Below are positions 1 to 10,052 of a stretch of DNA of 64,000 nt, piece by piece; positions within the stretch are counted from its first letter, which is position 1; each line of letters starts with the position of its first letter. This stretch comes from Trypanosoma brucei. Lineage: Eukaryota. The notes under the pieces are model-generated. The model was not told where the DNA came from, did no database searches, and saw only the letters and a list, made by a program, of their open reading frames with translations. The stretch spans positions 1,344,001-1,408,000 of the forward strand of contig CM000207.1 of NCBI GenBank assembly GCA_000002445.1. The letters run 5' to 3'. The position numbers and the translations under genes are program-made.

Positions 1-348
1 CTTCGCCTTCTCACTCTCCACCTGCTCCACAGCATCTCGCAAGTCACTTAATTCAGCCAAATCGGGCTGCTCCCGTGACTCTGCGGTATCCTCACGAGAT
101 TCTTTAAAACTCTCCGCATCGCGCTGCCGCAGCAGATATTCCATTTTCTTCTGAAGGGTGTCGCGCTCGGCAGTCACCGCAGTAGTTTCCCTCAACAGTT
201 TCTCGTAACGCTCACTTTGGGCCTTGATCTCACAACCCACCTCCTGTAACATCGCCTCCTCCTCCGCATTGCGCGTTCTTTCATAAGACTTTAGCGCCTC
301 CACTATGCGTTGCTGCACCTCTGCCTCCGAGAAGAGCCGCTGTTTCAT
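1..348 (-). CDS. Partial coiled-coil protein (N-terminal 116 aa; gene continues beyond the left window edge)
   Basis: Manual reverse-strand translation from ATG at 346-348 gives MKQRLFSEAEVQQRIVEALKSYERTRNAEEEAMLQEV... with no stop to position 1. An in-frame stop lies 14 codons upstream of this ATG. Charged heptad-like composition. Not in the ORF track because it is truncated by the window edge. Confidence 0.45.
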   Translation of the reverse strand, partial: MKQRLFSEAEVQQRIVEALKSYERTRNAEEEAMLQEVGCEIKAQSERYEKLLRETTAVTAERDTLQKKMEYLLRQRDAESFKESREDTAESREQPDLAELSDLRDAVEQVESEKAK

Positions 349-1813
349 TGACACCTTCTCACCAGCACCACAAACTGGCGCGTGAGCACTCAGAGCCTCC
401 TCCTCCTTATCATCATCCTCATCATCAATGTCCCCCTCCGAAGAAGAGAGTTCGCCATTTATAATTGTGGAGGGCTGCCGCGAGCCTTTCGAAACTGTGA
501 CTCTACTCCTGGAATCAAGACAGCGCATTTTCTTCCTGCTATTACTCGTAAACAGGCTCCTCCTGACACTAACGTCACTCTTTACTTTAACAGCTGACGG
601 GGAAAGGAAAAGTAATGTGCTAGGCTCTTCCGCAGGCACATTGCTTTTTCTAAATGACACGGAGCACTGTTGCTGCTGTGGTGGTTCAGTGGGGCGGTAG
701 GGCACTGACCGCAGCGGTTTCGCAGGGCCGAGTGGAGCAGCTGTGTTTGTTACAGTGAACTTCGGAGAATGGATAACATCAAGCATCGCGGGCCTACTCT
801 GCCTGAGCAATTCGGGAGACGCCGTTTCCGCCAATACCTCAAGCGCAGAGCGGACCACGCGTTTTCCGGAGCTCGCGTCACCCCCTCCACACACGTCTTC
901 ATCTTTTGTACACCTGTTTGGTGTTTTGAACCCCTCCATCTATGAAGTAAAATAAGCAGTCTATGTACCGAAGCACCCTCTGTTGTGAGGACCACAACAC
1001 TCAGTGGTGATCCTGTCCACCTACCTACCTACCAATCTTTTCTTTCCTCCCCAACCCTATTTCGGGCAGGCGAAAAGTCACCTGCTTTCGAAAGGAAGTT
1101 AGAAGAACCCACAGTCCAAGAGAAAACGCATATCCAAGATGAACGTGAAGAAGAACGTTCCGAGTGGGTGGGGCATGTGAATATGTTCGTGCAAATACGG
1201 CAACAGTGAATCTCAACAGTAACTTGAATAAGAGAAACTAAGTAAGTTTATATACACAAATGACGACGTACCGGGTACAGACAAAAAAGTGTTGCAGTGG
1301 CAGCAATGGATGCGTAAATGGACGCGGAAAACTCAATAAACCCAACGGCACCCCTCACACACAATCCAATAATATCTAAGATGCATGCAAGCGTAACGGA
1401 CATAAACCTCCAACAAACTTAAGGGTTTAATATCCCATCATCATGATTGTTAACTCTCACGTAAACACAAATCCTCGTTTCAACCCTCCCTCGGAATCTT
1501 CTCCAAACAGCGACGCCTTGCCCCTGTTTTATGTTCTCATACCTGCAACCAGAATCAGCCTCAATTTTTGTAGAGACCCTTACGACGGAAAGAAAAGTGC
1601 TGACAGTCCCGTGTCAGTCACAAACAGTAGCGAAATCCAAACATTGGCACCACCGAATGGGAGGAAAGGCAAGCAATCGGTAAGGATTGAAAGTGAGGGA
1701 CGAATAATAAACAAGCGAACTATAACCAACACAAAAGGAAGAGGATGTTATGGGTGTAACAAATCGTAATGATATTAACTCCCATTGAAGTCCCCTTCCC
1801 CCTCCTGCTCCTC

Positions 1814-2119
1814 TTAGTACCTCTGGCCACCCTTTTCATGCCCTACGAGTTTCAGCAGCTTTTCCAACTCCTCTTTCTCCTCCTCCAGAAACTGTGATCG
1901 TAACTTTATTTCCTCCTTGACGACCTCCTGCCGAACCTCCTCGCATTTGCGCTGATGTTGAAGCCACTCCTTCTTAAATTGCGACACGTACGCGAGTTGG
2001 TCGTCTATCTCACGAATCATGTTGTCAATGACACGTAACGTCCCCTTCGCTTGTCGCCGTTGTACCTCCATGCGAACAATGCGCTCTGTGCGAATTTGCT
2101 GCTGCAGTGCTGGGTCCAT
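1814..2119 (-). CDS. Small (101 aa) coiled-coil hypothetical protein
   Basis: Clean, non-low-complexity ORF on the transcribed strand (MDPALQQQIRTERIVRMEVQRRQAKGTL...). A plus-strand purine-rich (minus-strand pyrimidine-rich) tract at ~2270-2470 lies upstream, suitable for trans-splicing. Confidence 0.4.
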   Translation of the reverse strand: MDPALQQQIRTERIVRMEVQRRQAKGTLRVIDNMIREIDDQLAYVSQFKKEWLQHQRKCEEVRQEVVKEEIKLRSQFLEEEKEELEKLLKLVGHEKGGQRY

Positions 2120-2363
2120 TCTCTAACTTCAGTCCTTTCCAAAAGTGTTTATTTACTTGTAGCTCCCTCCGTCCCTCCTGCTTTTTTTTGTACCTTCCTT
2201 CAAACTAATTTGTTTCTAAACTTTCGTCCAGATTTTCGATCTGAGCTAGTACCCCAGCGCATAACACAAAGAAAACAAAAAAGAAAAAAAAATAAGCGGG
2301 GGAAAGGGGAAGCGAACAGGAATAGGGAGAAACAGGGCGAAAAAAAAAAAACGAAGAACAAAG

Positions 2364-2385
2364 ACACACACACACACACACACAC
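2364..2385. repeat. (AC)n microsatellite, 11 units
   Basis: Seen directly: gacacacacacacacacacacacg. Confidence 0.9.
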
Positions 2386-3963
2386 GAATAAAAAAAAATT
2401 CAAACGCAGTAAGCAAAAAAAAAAACGTACACTGCCACGGCGAACAAAAAATCATCTTTTTTTGAAAACACTACGATCGGATAGCACCGGGAAGAAGAGG
2501 GAAAGAAAAAAGAATCCCTCATGTGGTGTGGTGGATGAAAAAAATGAAGAGAGTACACGAAGGTAACCACACCACCGGCACAAAACAACACGGACGAGTA
2601 AACGTTTCTGGCACTGTCCAGTGTGTCAATGAGAAAGTTAAGAAGGACGGTGGTAACAATAGTTAAAAAAAAAAAATTAACCCTAAGCAGCGCCTCAGTC
2701 GGGAGGGCCGCACTAGAAGGGAAACGCACACAATAAGCGAATGCGCAACCTAAATACAAAAAGCAACCATTAAAAAAAAAAAATGCGAAACACCAAATTA
2801 CGAAAAAAAAAACATAAATATATATACGCGTGTATGTATAACAGAATGCGCAAAGGTATAAATATATATATATATTTATGTTCGCTTAAAGCCGTACTTG
2901 TACCAAGCAACACAAATCCTTTTAACTTCCTCACCAACGTACACGGGTCTAACATGCAACAACACCCTCTATTTTCTCTTTACACTACATCCAGTGGTTC
3001 CTCTCCACCAGAATGAGAAAAGGTGTCTACTTACAACATTATAGAGTAGATCGTACTGTACTTAAGTTTTGCCTAACGCTCACAAAAAAGGGGGGAGAGC
3101 GCCTTATCTGCCTGCAACACCTCCCCCTCCCCCGGTCCCTCCGCACTTACACACATGTGCTTTAATTACCGCAACGATTACTCCCCTACGGGGGCTCCCA
3201 GTGATGGTAACACCGGTAAATCTCGCTTAACACCCTTGCTTGGTAGCAGTCCCCTCCAACTCTCTAGCGCTGGGAGCGATGTTGCGTTCTGCTTGCCTCC
3301 GCAGCCGGCGGCGCTGTCATCTCTCAGTGCCGTGGCTTGGGGAGCAAGCGGAGGAAGGCGGAAGGGTCGCGACATCGTAGAATCCTCTGCGTCACACGTA
3401 CACATGTGCCTTGTCACGGGGCTCGCGGACAAGAGAAGCACTTAAACAACTGTCTATGCCTATTGCGGATTTACACGTAACAACACACATTTGTTAGGAG
3501 AGGAGCAATAAAAAGATTACACAAGCAAACTGACGTCTCACGGCCATGAAGATGTACCAATGTAGCGAAAGAACAATGTTCACGGGGCGCGCAAATAAAG
3601 AAAGAAAGAAACAGTAATACACTCAATGCGTGTCGTCCCGGCTGCTGGTGAGCCATTTCCAGCACAACACCCCTCCAACACCCGAAGGATAAGCAAAGTC
3701 GTTCGCAGCACTACTCAAGATACGATCTACTCCAGTCTAACCACTGAAGATGGAACAACTGTGGAACGTGCTTCACAAGAAGAAAAAGAAGCTCCAGTTG
3801 CGGCGCTGCGCATGAAGGACTCACATCCATTCACCTTCCCATGAGAATAAGTTAAATACACTGGAACATGAACAGACAAATAAAAAGACAAAACTGAACA
3901 GCGGTGTATAGACATATACATTAACTTATTACCCTCAGCTACTTTCTCTTTTCCTTCTTTTTC

Positions 3964-3991
3964 TTTTTTTTTTTTTTGGGGGGGGGGGGGG
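3964..3991. repeat. Homopolymer junction T14 followed by G14
   Basis: ctttttttttttttttgggggggggggggggtt seen directly. Confidence 0.9.
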
Positions 3992-4467
3992 TTAAGTATT
4001 TTTTGTCAACAGTCCAGAAAGCACGTTTTGACAACACTTCCGTACGTTTCCCACTCCAATTCGCTATTTTTCCATTTGCTTTCTGCCCAAAACAACAGAT
4101 TTGTACAAACAACGAGTTACAAAGATGAAAAATGTCCCAAAGGGAAGAGAATGAAGGTACTTCTCTTTTTTTTTCCTGCCCTCTTCCTTCGGTACACCAC
4201 GGTTTCCCCAGCGCTTTCACATGTCGACGCCACACAACAAATAAAAGGAAAAAGTCCTTCACCATAGTGTGCAGTTCAAACAGCACACATAGACAAACGA
4301 AGATTGCTGATATCACACTCCCTCCTTTTCCATCACCTTTAACGAAAGTACAACTAATATGACGAACGAAAGCCCGCACATGCTTCCCACTCTCGCTGCA
4401 GAACCGAAGACAGGGGGAGGGAAACGGGGGAAGGCAGGAATGCGCTCCGTTACATTGACCCAAGAAT

Positions 4468-5898
4468 TCAAACCCGGTCCCAGATAACTCGATCTTTCCT
4501 GCTTTTCTGCGGCGATGTCGAACCAAGCACTTCATCTGTTGACATTAGGACCCTTTTCACCTCACGGTTACCGCCAATGGCGTAGGGATCGTCGTGAGTC
4601 TCAGCAAGTTCATTACAGGGGTCCACACAGTCATCCGAACTCGAGTCTGAAGAACCGCTACTGGTACTGTCCGTTCCGTCGTCACAATATTCCTGATTAC
4701 TGTGTTCAACTTCCCATGAACCTATCCCGGTAGAAGCGGGACCGCGTGACAGCGTCTGTCGCAAACCGAGGATAGAACGCTGCTGCTCCGCGATCTGCGC
4801 GGTACACCGTGCCATCTGGTCCAGGACACGGTACCGCTCCTCTGCCCATTGCTCTTCCAGCTCGCGCTTTTCCCGGCGCTCCTGCTCCAGCTGTTGCTCA
4901 AGTGATGCCTTGTCGCGGAAAAGCATATCAATTTGCTTCCCTTGCCGCAACATATCACCAAAGAGAGCACTGTTCTTTGCGTAAGCCGCTTTCAGCAGTG
5001 CGTCGAGTTGGAAAACTTGAAGTTGCTCACTCTCCCCCTTCAAGGCTGTTATATCCTTCAGAAGACTTTCAAGACCCGCTATCTTGGTCTTCTGTTGCTC
5101 CATCAGAGAGTTGTGTTTTTCGGCGTTCTCGCGCAGCTGCAGCTCATACTGCTCCTTGGCACTTTTCTCCAGCTTGGTTTCCTCCAATGCACGGTTTTGA
5201 ACGGCCATCATTCGCGCTCGGTTGTCGGACATTTCGCATTTCAGCTGCCGTATTAGTCGCTTATTCTCCTCGTTACGAGTGGAGAGGGCCACCACCTCGA
5301 TAATCTTTTCTTGTAGTTCCCTGTAAGTTTCCACCTGTCGCGCCGACATCTCCTCGTAAAGAGTCTTCTGATGCTCATACATCTTGACGTAGCGGCGCCG
5401 CTCACGCTCAACACGCTCGTATTCGCTACGGGGCACGGTGGATAAGTCCACTTCCGAATTGAATTCTCCTCCTGACGCAGAAGGGCCATGCTCACCGTGG
5501 CATGACTGATGAGCAACGTCTAGCCCCAATCGACCCACGGGGCCCGCAACCGGCTCACGCTCGCAGTGAGCCGGGGTGTCCGTTGTTCTAAGGGGACACC
5601 GCGGTGCGGGGGATTTCCCCTGCGAGCGATGATGGGCGTTAATGTTCAGCACCTCCGATAGCGGACCACTCTCTTCACGCAAAGCATTAGAAAGATTCCC
5701 CCTTCCAACCATTCGCTCGTGTCTAAGGAGCACTCGGCTGGGCGAGTCGGTACGACCAGGAACCGGCGGCGACACACCAAAACAAGTGATGGGCTCAGAG
5801 GCCACCAAACCCACCGCACGACGTCCAAAATCGTCCGCGCCGTTTTCCGATTGGACTGCTTCGGGCGTATTATTGCCAGTTAAAGTACGTACAACCAT
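4468..5898 (-). CDS. Hypothetical coiled-coil protein (476 aa), acidic/Ser-rich N-terminal region
   Basis: Long minus-strand ORF. The central region is E/K/R/Q-rich coiled-coil (EQERREKRELEEQWAEERYRVLDQ...). The plus-strand antisense ORFs inside it are compositional artefacts. Confidence 0.6.
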   Translation of the reverse strand: MVVRTLTGNNTPEAVQSENGADDFGRRAVGLVASEPITCFGVSPPVPGRTDSPSRVLLRHERMVGRGNLSNALREESGPLSEVLNINAHHRSQGKSPAPRCPLRTTDTPAHCEREPVAGPVGRLGLDVAHQSCHGEHGPSASGGEFNSEVDLSTVPRSEYERVERERRRYVKMYEHQKTLYEEMSARQVETYRELQEKIIEVVALSTRNEENKRLIRQLKCEMSDNRARMMAVQNRALEETKLEKSAKEQYELQLRENAEKHNSLMEQQKTKIAGLESLLKDITALKGESEQLQVFQLDALLKAAYAKNSALFGDMLRQGKQIDMLFRDKASLEQQLEQERREKRELEEQWAEERYRVLDQMARCTAQIAEQQRSILGLRQTLSRGPASTGIGSWEVEHSNQEYCDDGTDSTSSGSSDSSSDDCVDPCNELAETHDDPYAIGGNREVKRVLMSTDEVLGSTSPQKSRKDRVIWDRV

Positions 5899-6308
5899 GT
5901 GGAAGGTGACTTGCGTGTGGATTCGTGAAAAGAGGTGAACGCTTATCAGCGTGAACTACGGGAGTACCCTTTTCCTCCTTGGTGCATGGACGAGGTAGCA
6001 AAAAGTGGAAGTAAATATTTATGAATATGCATGTGCATGGTTAAAGTCATTTGACTGTTTAACAAGAGGCGCCACAGGTATATTTTAAAAATACATCATC
6101 ACGTAAGGCACCCAAAATTCCTACGCTCAAAAGCGCGGCAAACAAAAAAAAAAGCTAAAGGGACAACAAACAGACATGTAGGAAGAGATAAACGTGACGC
6201 GTAAACACCCATACGTAATATGCGTATGATAATGATGAACAGTTGCATCCATTAATATACTACAGTGTCGATAAAGTTTCTCAGATCGAACGTGAATAAC
6301 ACCTAGCC

Positions 6309-7124
6309 TCACCAGTTTGTCCACTCCGGATCTCGTTCCAGCTGATCCATGTAACCCAAGACACGCTCGGTTATTTCATTCTCGTCATAGCGGCTCCCAA
6401 AGAAGTCCACAAACCGGCCCTTAGGGTCGAAGAGAAATATGGCGATGCTATGGTCAATGAGGTAGTCATTCTGCTCTGCGGCCTCCTCGCTCGGAAGCGA
6501 GTAGTAAATACGGTAAGATTTGCAGGCATCGCTCACCTGCTTTGGGGTCCCTACAAGCCCAACAAAGCTCTCATGAAAGACACTGAGGTATTCTGCAATC
6601 GCCTCCAGGGAATCCCGCCTCGGGTCACAAGAAACGAATAGCGGCACGATTTTCTGATTAGGACGCTTCGCTCGCACAGCATCGATAACTTTAGACATGC
6701 GATTCAATTCAACAGGGCATATTTCTGGGCAGTGTGTAAAGCCAAAGTAAAAGAATGCCCAGGATCCCAAGAACTCCGCTTGGGAGACAGGTTCGCCATC
6801 TGTATTCACAAGAACAAACGGCCCACCGAGGGCAGGGCGCCCTCGCGTTTCAACGCTAACTCTTGCACTTCCTTGAGAACCAAAGTACCGTTTCTTCGCT
6901 TTCTCAGACCCGTACCACAACGTGGCTGCGCACAATACGGTCATACCCGCAAAGACGGAGTACTTACGAAGGGCCTCCCGGTCCTTCTCGATTTCCTTCT
7001 CGTCGTCTACACTTGTTCGTGCACCTGAGCCGAGGCGATGTGGCGCGCACAACACCGTCGGCATCAGTTCTGCCCTCCAATGGGACGCAGAGCCGCACAA
7101 AACATTTCCTGATACCCGCCGCAT
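6309..7124 (-). CDS. SCO1: SCO1/SenC-family cytochrome c oxidase copper chaperone (thioredoxin fold)
   Basis: Motif FYFGFTHCPEICPVEL (SCO CxxxCP copper-binding motif) followed by FVSCDPRRDS...HS..IFLFDP, typical of SCO1/SenC. Confidence 0.8.
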   Translation of the reverse strand: MRRVSGNVLCGSASHWRAELMPTVLCAPHRLGSGARTSVDDEKEIEKDREALRKYSVFAGMTVLCAATLWYGSEKAKKRYFGSQGSARVSVETRGRPALGGPFVLVNTDGEPVSQAEFLGSWAFFYFGFTHCPEICPVELNRMSKVIDAVRAKRPNQKIVPLFVSCDPRRDSLEAIAEYLSVFHESFVGLVGTPKQVSDACKSYRIYYSLPSEEAAEQNDYLIDHSIAIFLFDPKGRFVDFFGSRYDENEITERVLGYMDQLERDPEWTNW

Positions 7125-7283
7125 TCAATGCTCAAAATCACTTCAAGTGGGTGAACCCTTGCCCTTACTTCCATACTACAATAAGTTGGTTCAGTAAAAA
7201 GGCTTAAAGAGAGGAAATGAGCCACAAGGTGCAGCTGACGGATCAGGAATAGCAAAACACATCAACAGATGAATAATGCAAAA

Positions 7284-7320
7284 ACACACACACACACACA
7301 TATGTGTGTATATACGTATA
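7284..7320. repeat. Compound (AC)n-(TATG/TA)n microsatellite
   Basis: aaaaacacacacacacacacatatgtgtgtatatacgtata. Confidence 0.85.
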
Positions 7321-7564
7321 CGCAAATGAAAGCACACAACGGCGTGAGCGACCACGTAGGCAACCCAAACCAATGGACACTCAATAGTTCATGTCGTTCA
7401 ACTAGCCGCACAGTACGTTAACAAGAACAGGAAAAGTACATAAAAAGAATATATTGCCAAAAATAAAAAAAATTCAAAACAAACACTAATTGTTTTTTAA
7501 CTCTTTAGTCCAGCATACAATACCCTTGATGTTCTCGTAGAAAGGTGGTGACGAGACAAAAGGT

Positions 7565-8608
7565 TCAATCATCTTTATCAATAGAAAGGGCGGACCCGCT
7601 GCTTTCATTATCATCGCCATCATCACATCGTTCCCCACTAAGGAATTCATGGCGTCGCACTTCGTGCGAGTCCGGTGCGCGCGGCGACGTGGGAGCCCCT
7701 CCGAAATTTCCTGAAGAAACACCAGTGGATTTGCGTTGTAAGGGAACACTACAGGAACGAGCCACTGGTTTATCCTCGAGGGCAAGATGAGGTGAGTTTC
7801 CCTCGTAAGTCCTTCGGCTTTCATAAAAACCGACAGCCTTGAAGTTCCCCATACGGACGCGCGTCAGGGTGTGGGGCCGTGGAGCCACGACTGTTGCACG
7901 CAAGGCAACAAACTTCTGGCGTGCCCTCTCAAGTCGTTTGTCGCGTTTCTCCTCAATAATGCGAAGCCGCTCTTCTATCGTAAGTCGCTTATACCTGGAC
8001 GGCTCGGGGGTACTGGCTCTATCCTCATCTGCAAATGCTTCTTCTTCCACACATTGAACCACACCCGATCTAGGCGAACTGCAAACAGGTCCACTTCCAT
8101 TGCAACCATAATCACTAATTCTCTCTAACGAAGGACTACTGCTCGTTCCGTCACTGCCCGACACGCTTCCTGCATCAGTGTTCAACCTGGGTGTCGTTAC
8201 CATGTTTCGCTCGTCCCTACTATTCATGTCCCTCTCAGTGGGTTTTCTACCTGCAACACGCAACCGAATTCCGTTTCCAAGTTTTGTTTGAGTGCGCCGC
8301 CTGGCCTCAACAGGGGGCGGCTGGGTGACGTCTCCAGGCAGTGAAAAGGCTCCGCGCGCGCCACTATGTTTTGTATGGGGTGCATATACGCGGGAATTAC
8401 TGGAAAGACCTGAACTGTGCGACCTGGACACCGACGTTCTGACATCTGAGCAGCGAGGTGCCACGCCTTTAGAATTCGTCCTGGATTTGTTCACTGTGGA
8501 AACAAATGTCGCTTCCACCTCGCCTCGAGCCCTTTCTGCGTTGGAAGTCCATGCAGTCCTGCAGCGGTGTTGAGGTGGCAATTCGAAGTCCTTAAATGAC
8601 CCCTCCAT
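7565..8608 (-). CDS. Hypothetical Ser/Arg-rich protein (347 aa)
   Basis: Long minus-strand ORF in register with the polycistron. No recognisable domain. Low-complexity S/R/T-rich. Confidence 0.45.
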   Translation of the reverse strand: MEGSFKDFELPPQHRCRTAWTSNAERARGEVEATFVSTVNKSRTNSKGVAPRCSDVRTSVSRSHSSGLSSNSRVYAPHTKHSGARGAFSLPGDVTQPPPVEARRRTQTKLGNGIRLRVAGRKPTERDMNSRDERNMVTTPRLNTDAGSVSGSDGTSSSPSLERISDYGCNGSGPVCSSPRSGVVQCVEEEAFADEDRASTPEPSRYKRLTIEERLRIIEEKRDKRLERARQKFVALRATVVAPRPHTLTRVRMGNFKAVGFYESRRTYEGNSPHLALEDKPVARSCSVPLQRKSTGVSSGNFGGAPTSPRAPDSHEVRRHEFLSGERCDDGDDNESSGSALSIDKDD

Positions 8609-8880
8609 TCTGCACGGGTTCCTTGGAATCTAACCCACAACCTGCCAACAAAACAACAACAAAGGGGGAATGAGTGGGTAAAAAAGCTGTATCCACGTTT
8701 GATGGTTTCAAAAAAAAAACAGGCATACACACCACGATCAGAGGGAGTTGAGAAGGTTTTTTTTTTTCTTTAACCCCTTCCGTCACTTCACTATGCCACA
8801 CAACCAACAATAACCCAGCCCTCAGCAAAAAAAAAAAACAACAAAAATCGCCTCACAGCGAGCGAAGTTGTACAATGGGC

Positions 8881-9390
8881 CTAAGAATCATTCCTCTGAT
8901 ATCTGGGACTTTCTCGGAGTCTCCGAGCCGCCTCCACCATCCCTGAAGATATTTCACTTTGCTCCAGCCGTGCGCGTCGCTCCTCACGCGTGAGATCTGA
9001 TGTGAGCTTCCCATCAGCATTCACCATAATCCCTGACACCTCGTCACGGTACGAGTAACCTTTGGGACCATCATACACCGCTTCTGGTGCATTGGGAACA
9101 TACTCTGGCGCGAACTCCCGTTTGTAGTACCGCTGGCGATTGAGCTCAATATTATCTAATATATCGTTGCTTCGGCTTGTTTCGCCCATTCGACCAAACA
9201 TCACGGCAGTGCAGGCAGCCACGATGATTGTACCACGCCATTTTATCCACACAGAACGGAACGGTCCATCCTCACCGTAGCGAGAGAGCAAACTGGCATC
9301 TTCGATACCCATCCACCAGGCCTTGAGCCGCGTGAACGGACTAATGAAGCGCCGTCGCCTACCCACTTGCCAGAACCTCAGCACTGACAT
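8881..9390 (-). CDS. Hypothetical small protein (~169 aa) with Arg-rich presequence-like N-terminus
   Basis: The ORF track extends to 9678, but the first 96 codons are low-complexity (FFFF, derived from homopolymer runs). An internal ATG at 9388-9390 gives MSVLRFWQVGRRRRF..., resembling a mitochondrial targeting peptide, followed by a hydrophobic segment. Confidence 0.4.
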   Translation of the reverse strand: MSVLRFWQVGRRRRFISPFTRLKAWWMGIEDASLLSRYGEDGPFRSVWIKWRGTIIVAACTAVMFGRMGETSRSNDILDNIELNRQRYYKREFAPEYVPNAPEAVYDGPKGYSYRDEVSGIMVNADGKLTSDLTREERRARLEQSEISSGMVEAARRLRESPRYQRNDS

Positions 9391-10052
9391 GGGACTTCTT
9401 TTGCATAGCGCCCGCAAAGAGTTAGAGGAGGGGAAAAAGGGAAGTGCAGTACATCTGTAGCACCGGATGCCACTGGAAGGTACAGAGAAGGTAAGGACCT
9501 TCCGAGAGGTTTCGGTGCCGCGGCACGGAATCAACTTCACGGCCCAAAATTTCCGTTTGCAAATGAAGCCTCCAAACAACAACAAAGATGAGAAAGGGCC
9601 ACATAGTAACCAGTTAGACACCGACACATCCAACCCCCTCCCTGAAAAAAAGAAAAAAACATTGCAACCAGCACGCATTTAAAGGAAAGGAAAAAAGCAA
9701 AGGAAAAACATTGAGATGAAGACGCATCTCGCATTTCCCGCTCACGTTAAATACACAAACATTTCCCTTTTCCTCCACCGTTATTCCGTTCGCGTTTACA
9801 TATTCAATTACATTTTCTTCCATATTATTCTCTGTACAGCTGAGGGGTGGAGAAAGGAAGCACACACACACCCCCGCAGTCTCTACTAATTAGTTGGTGT
9901 AAAGTGAAAGATAACAACACTGGTGATAATTATGGGGGTCACTCCTGTCAATAGATGCGCCACCTTCTCATACAGGTATCGTGTTTCCAGCTCCTAAACT
10001 TTTTTTAAAAAAAACCTGTACCCTTTCCACACGCATCGAAGCAACCATTGGC

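Noticed and set aside
3939-4535. 198-aa minus-strand ORF ending in a poly-Lys tail
   Set aside because: The K-run and low-complexity segments are simply the translation of the T14/G14 homopolymer region. It overlaps the real downstream coiled-coil gene start region and has no coding character.
4809-5303. Plus-strand ORFs of 100-220 aa lying inside the large minus-strand genes (e.g. 4809..5303, 18794..19231, 20008..20550, 29300..29749, 28936..29313)
   Set aside because: They are antisense to clearly coding minus-strand genes, have no domain signal, and are the expected by-product of GC-rich, stop-poor coding sequence on the opposite strand.
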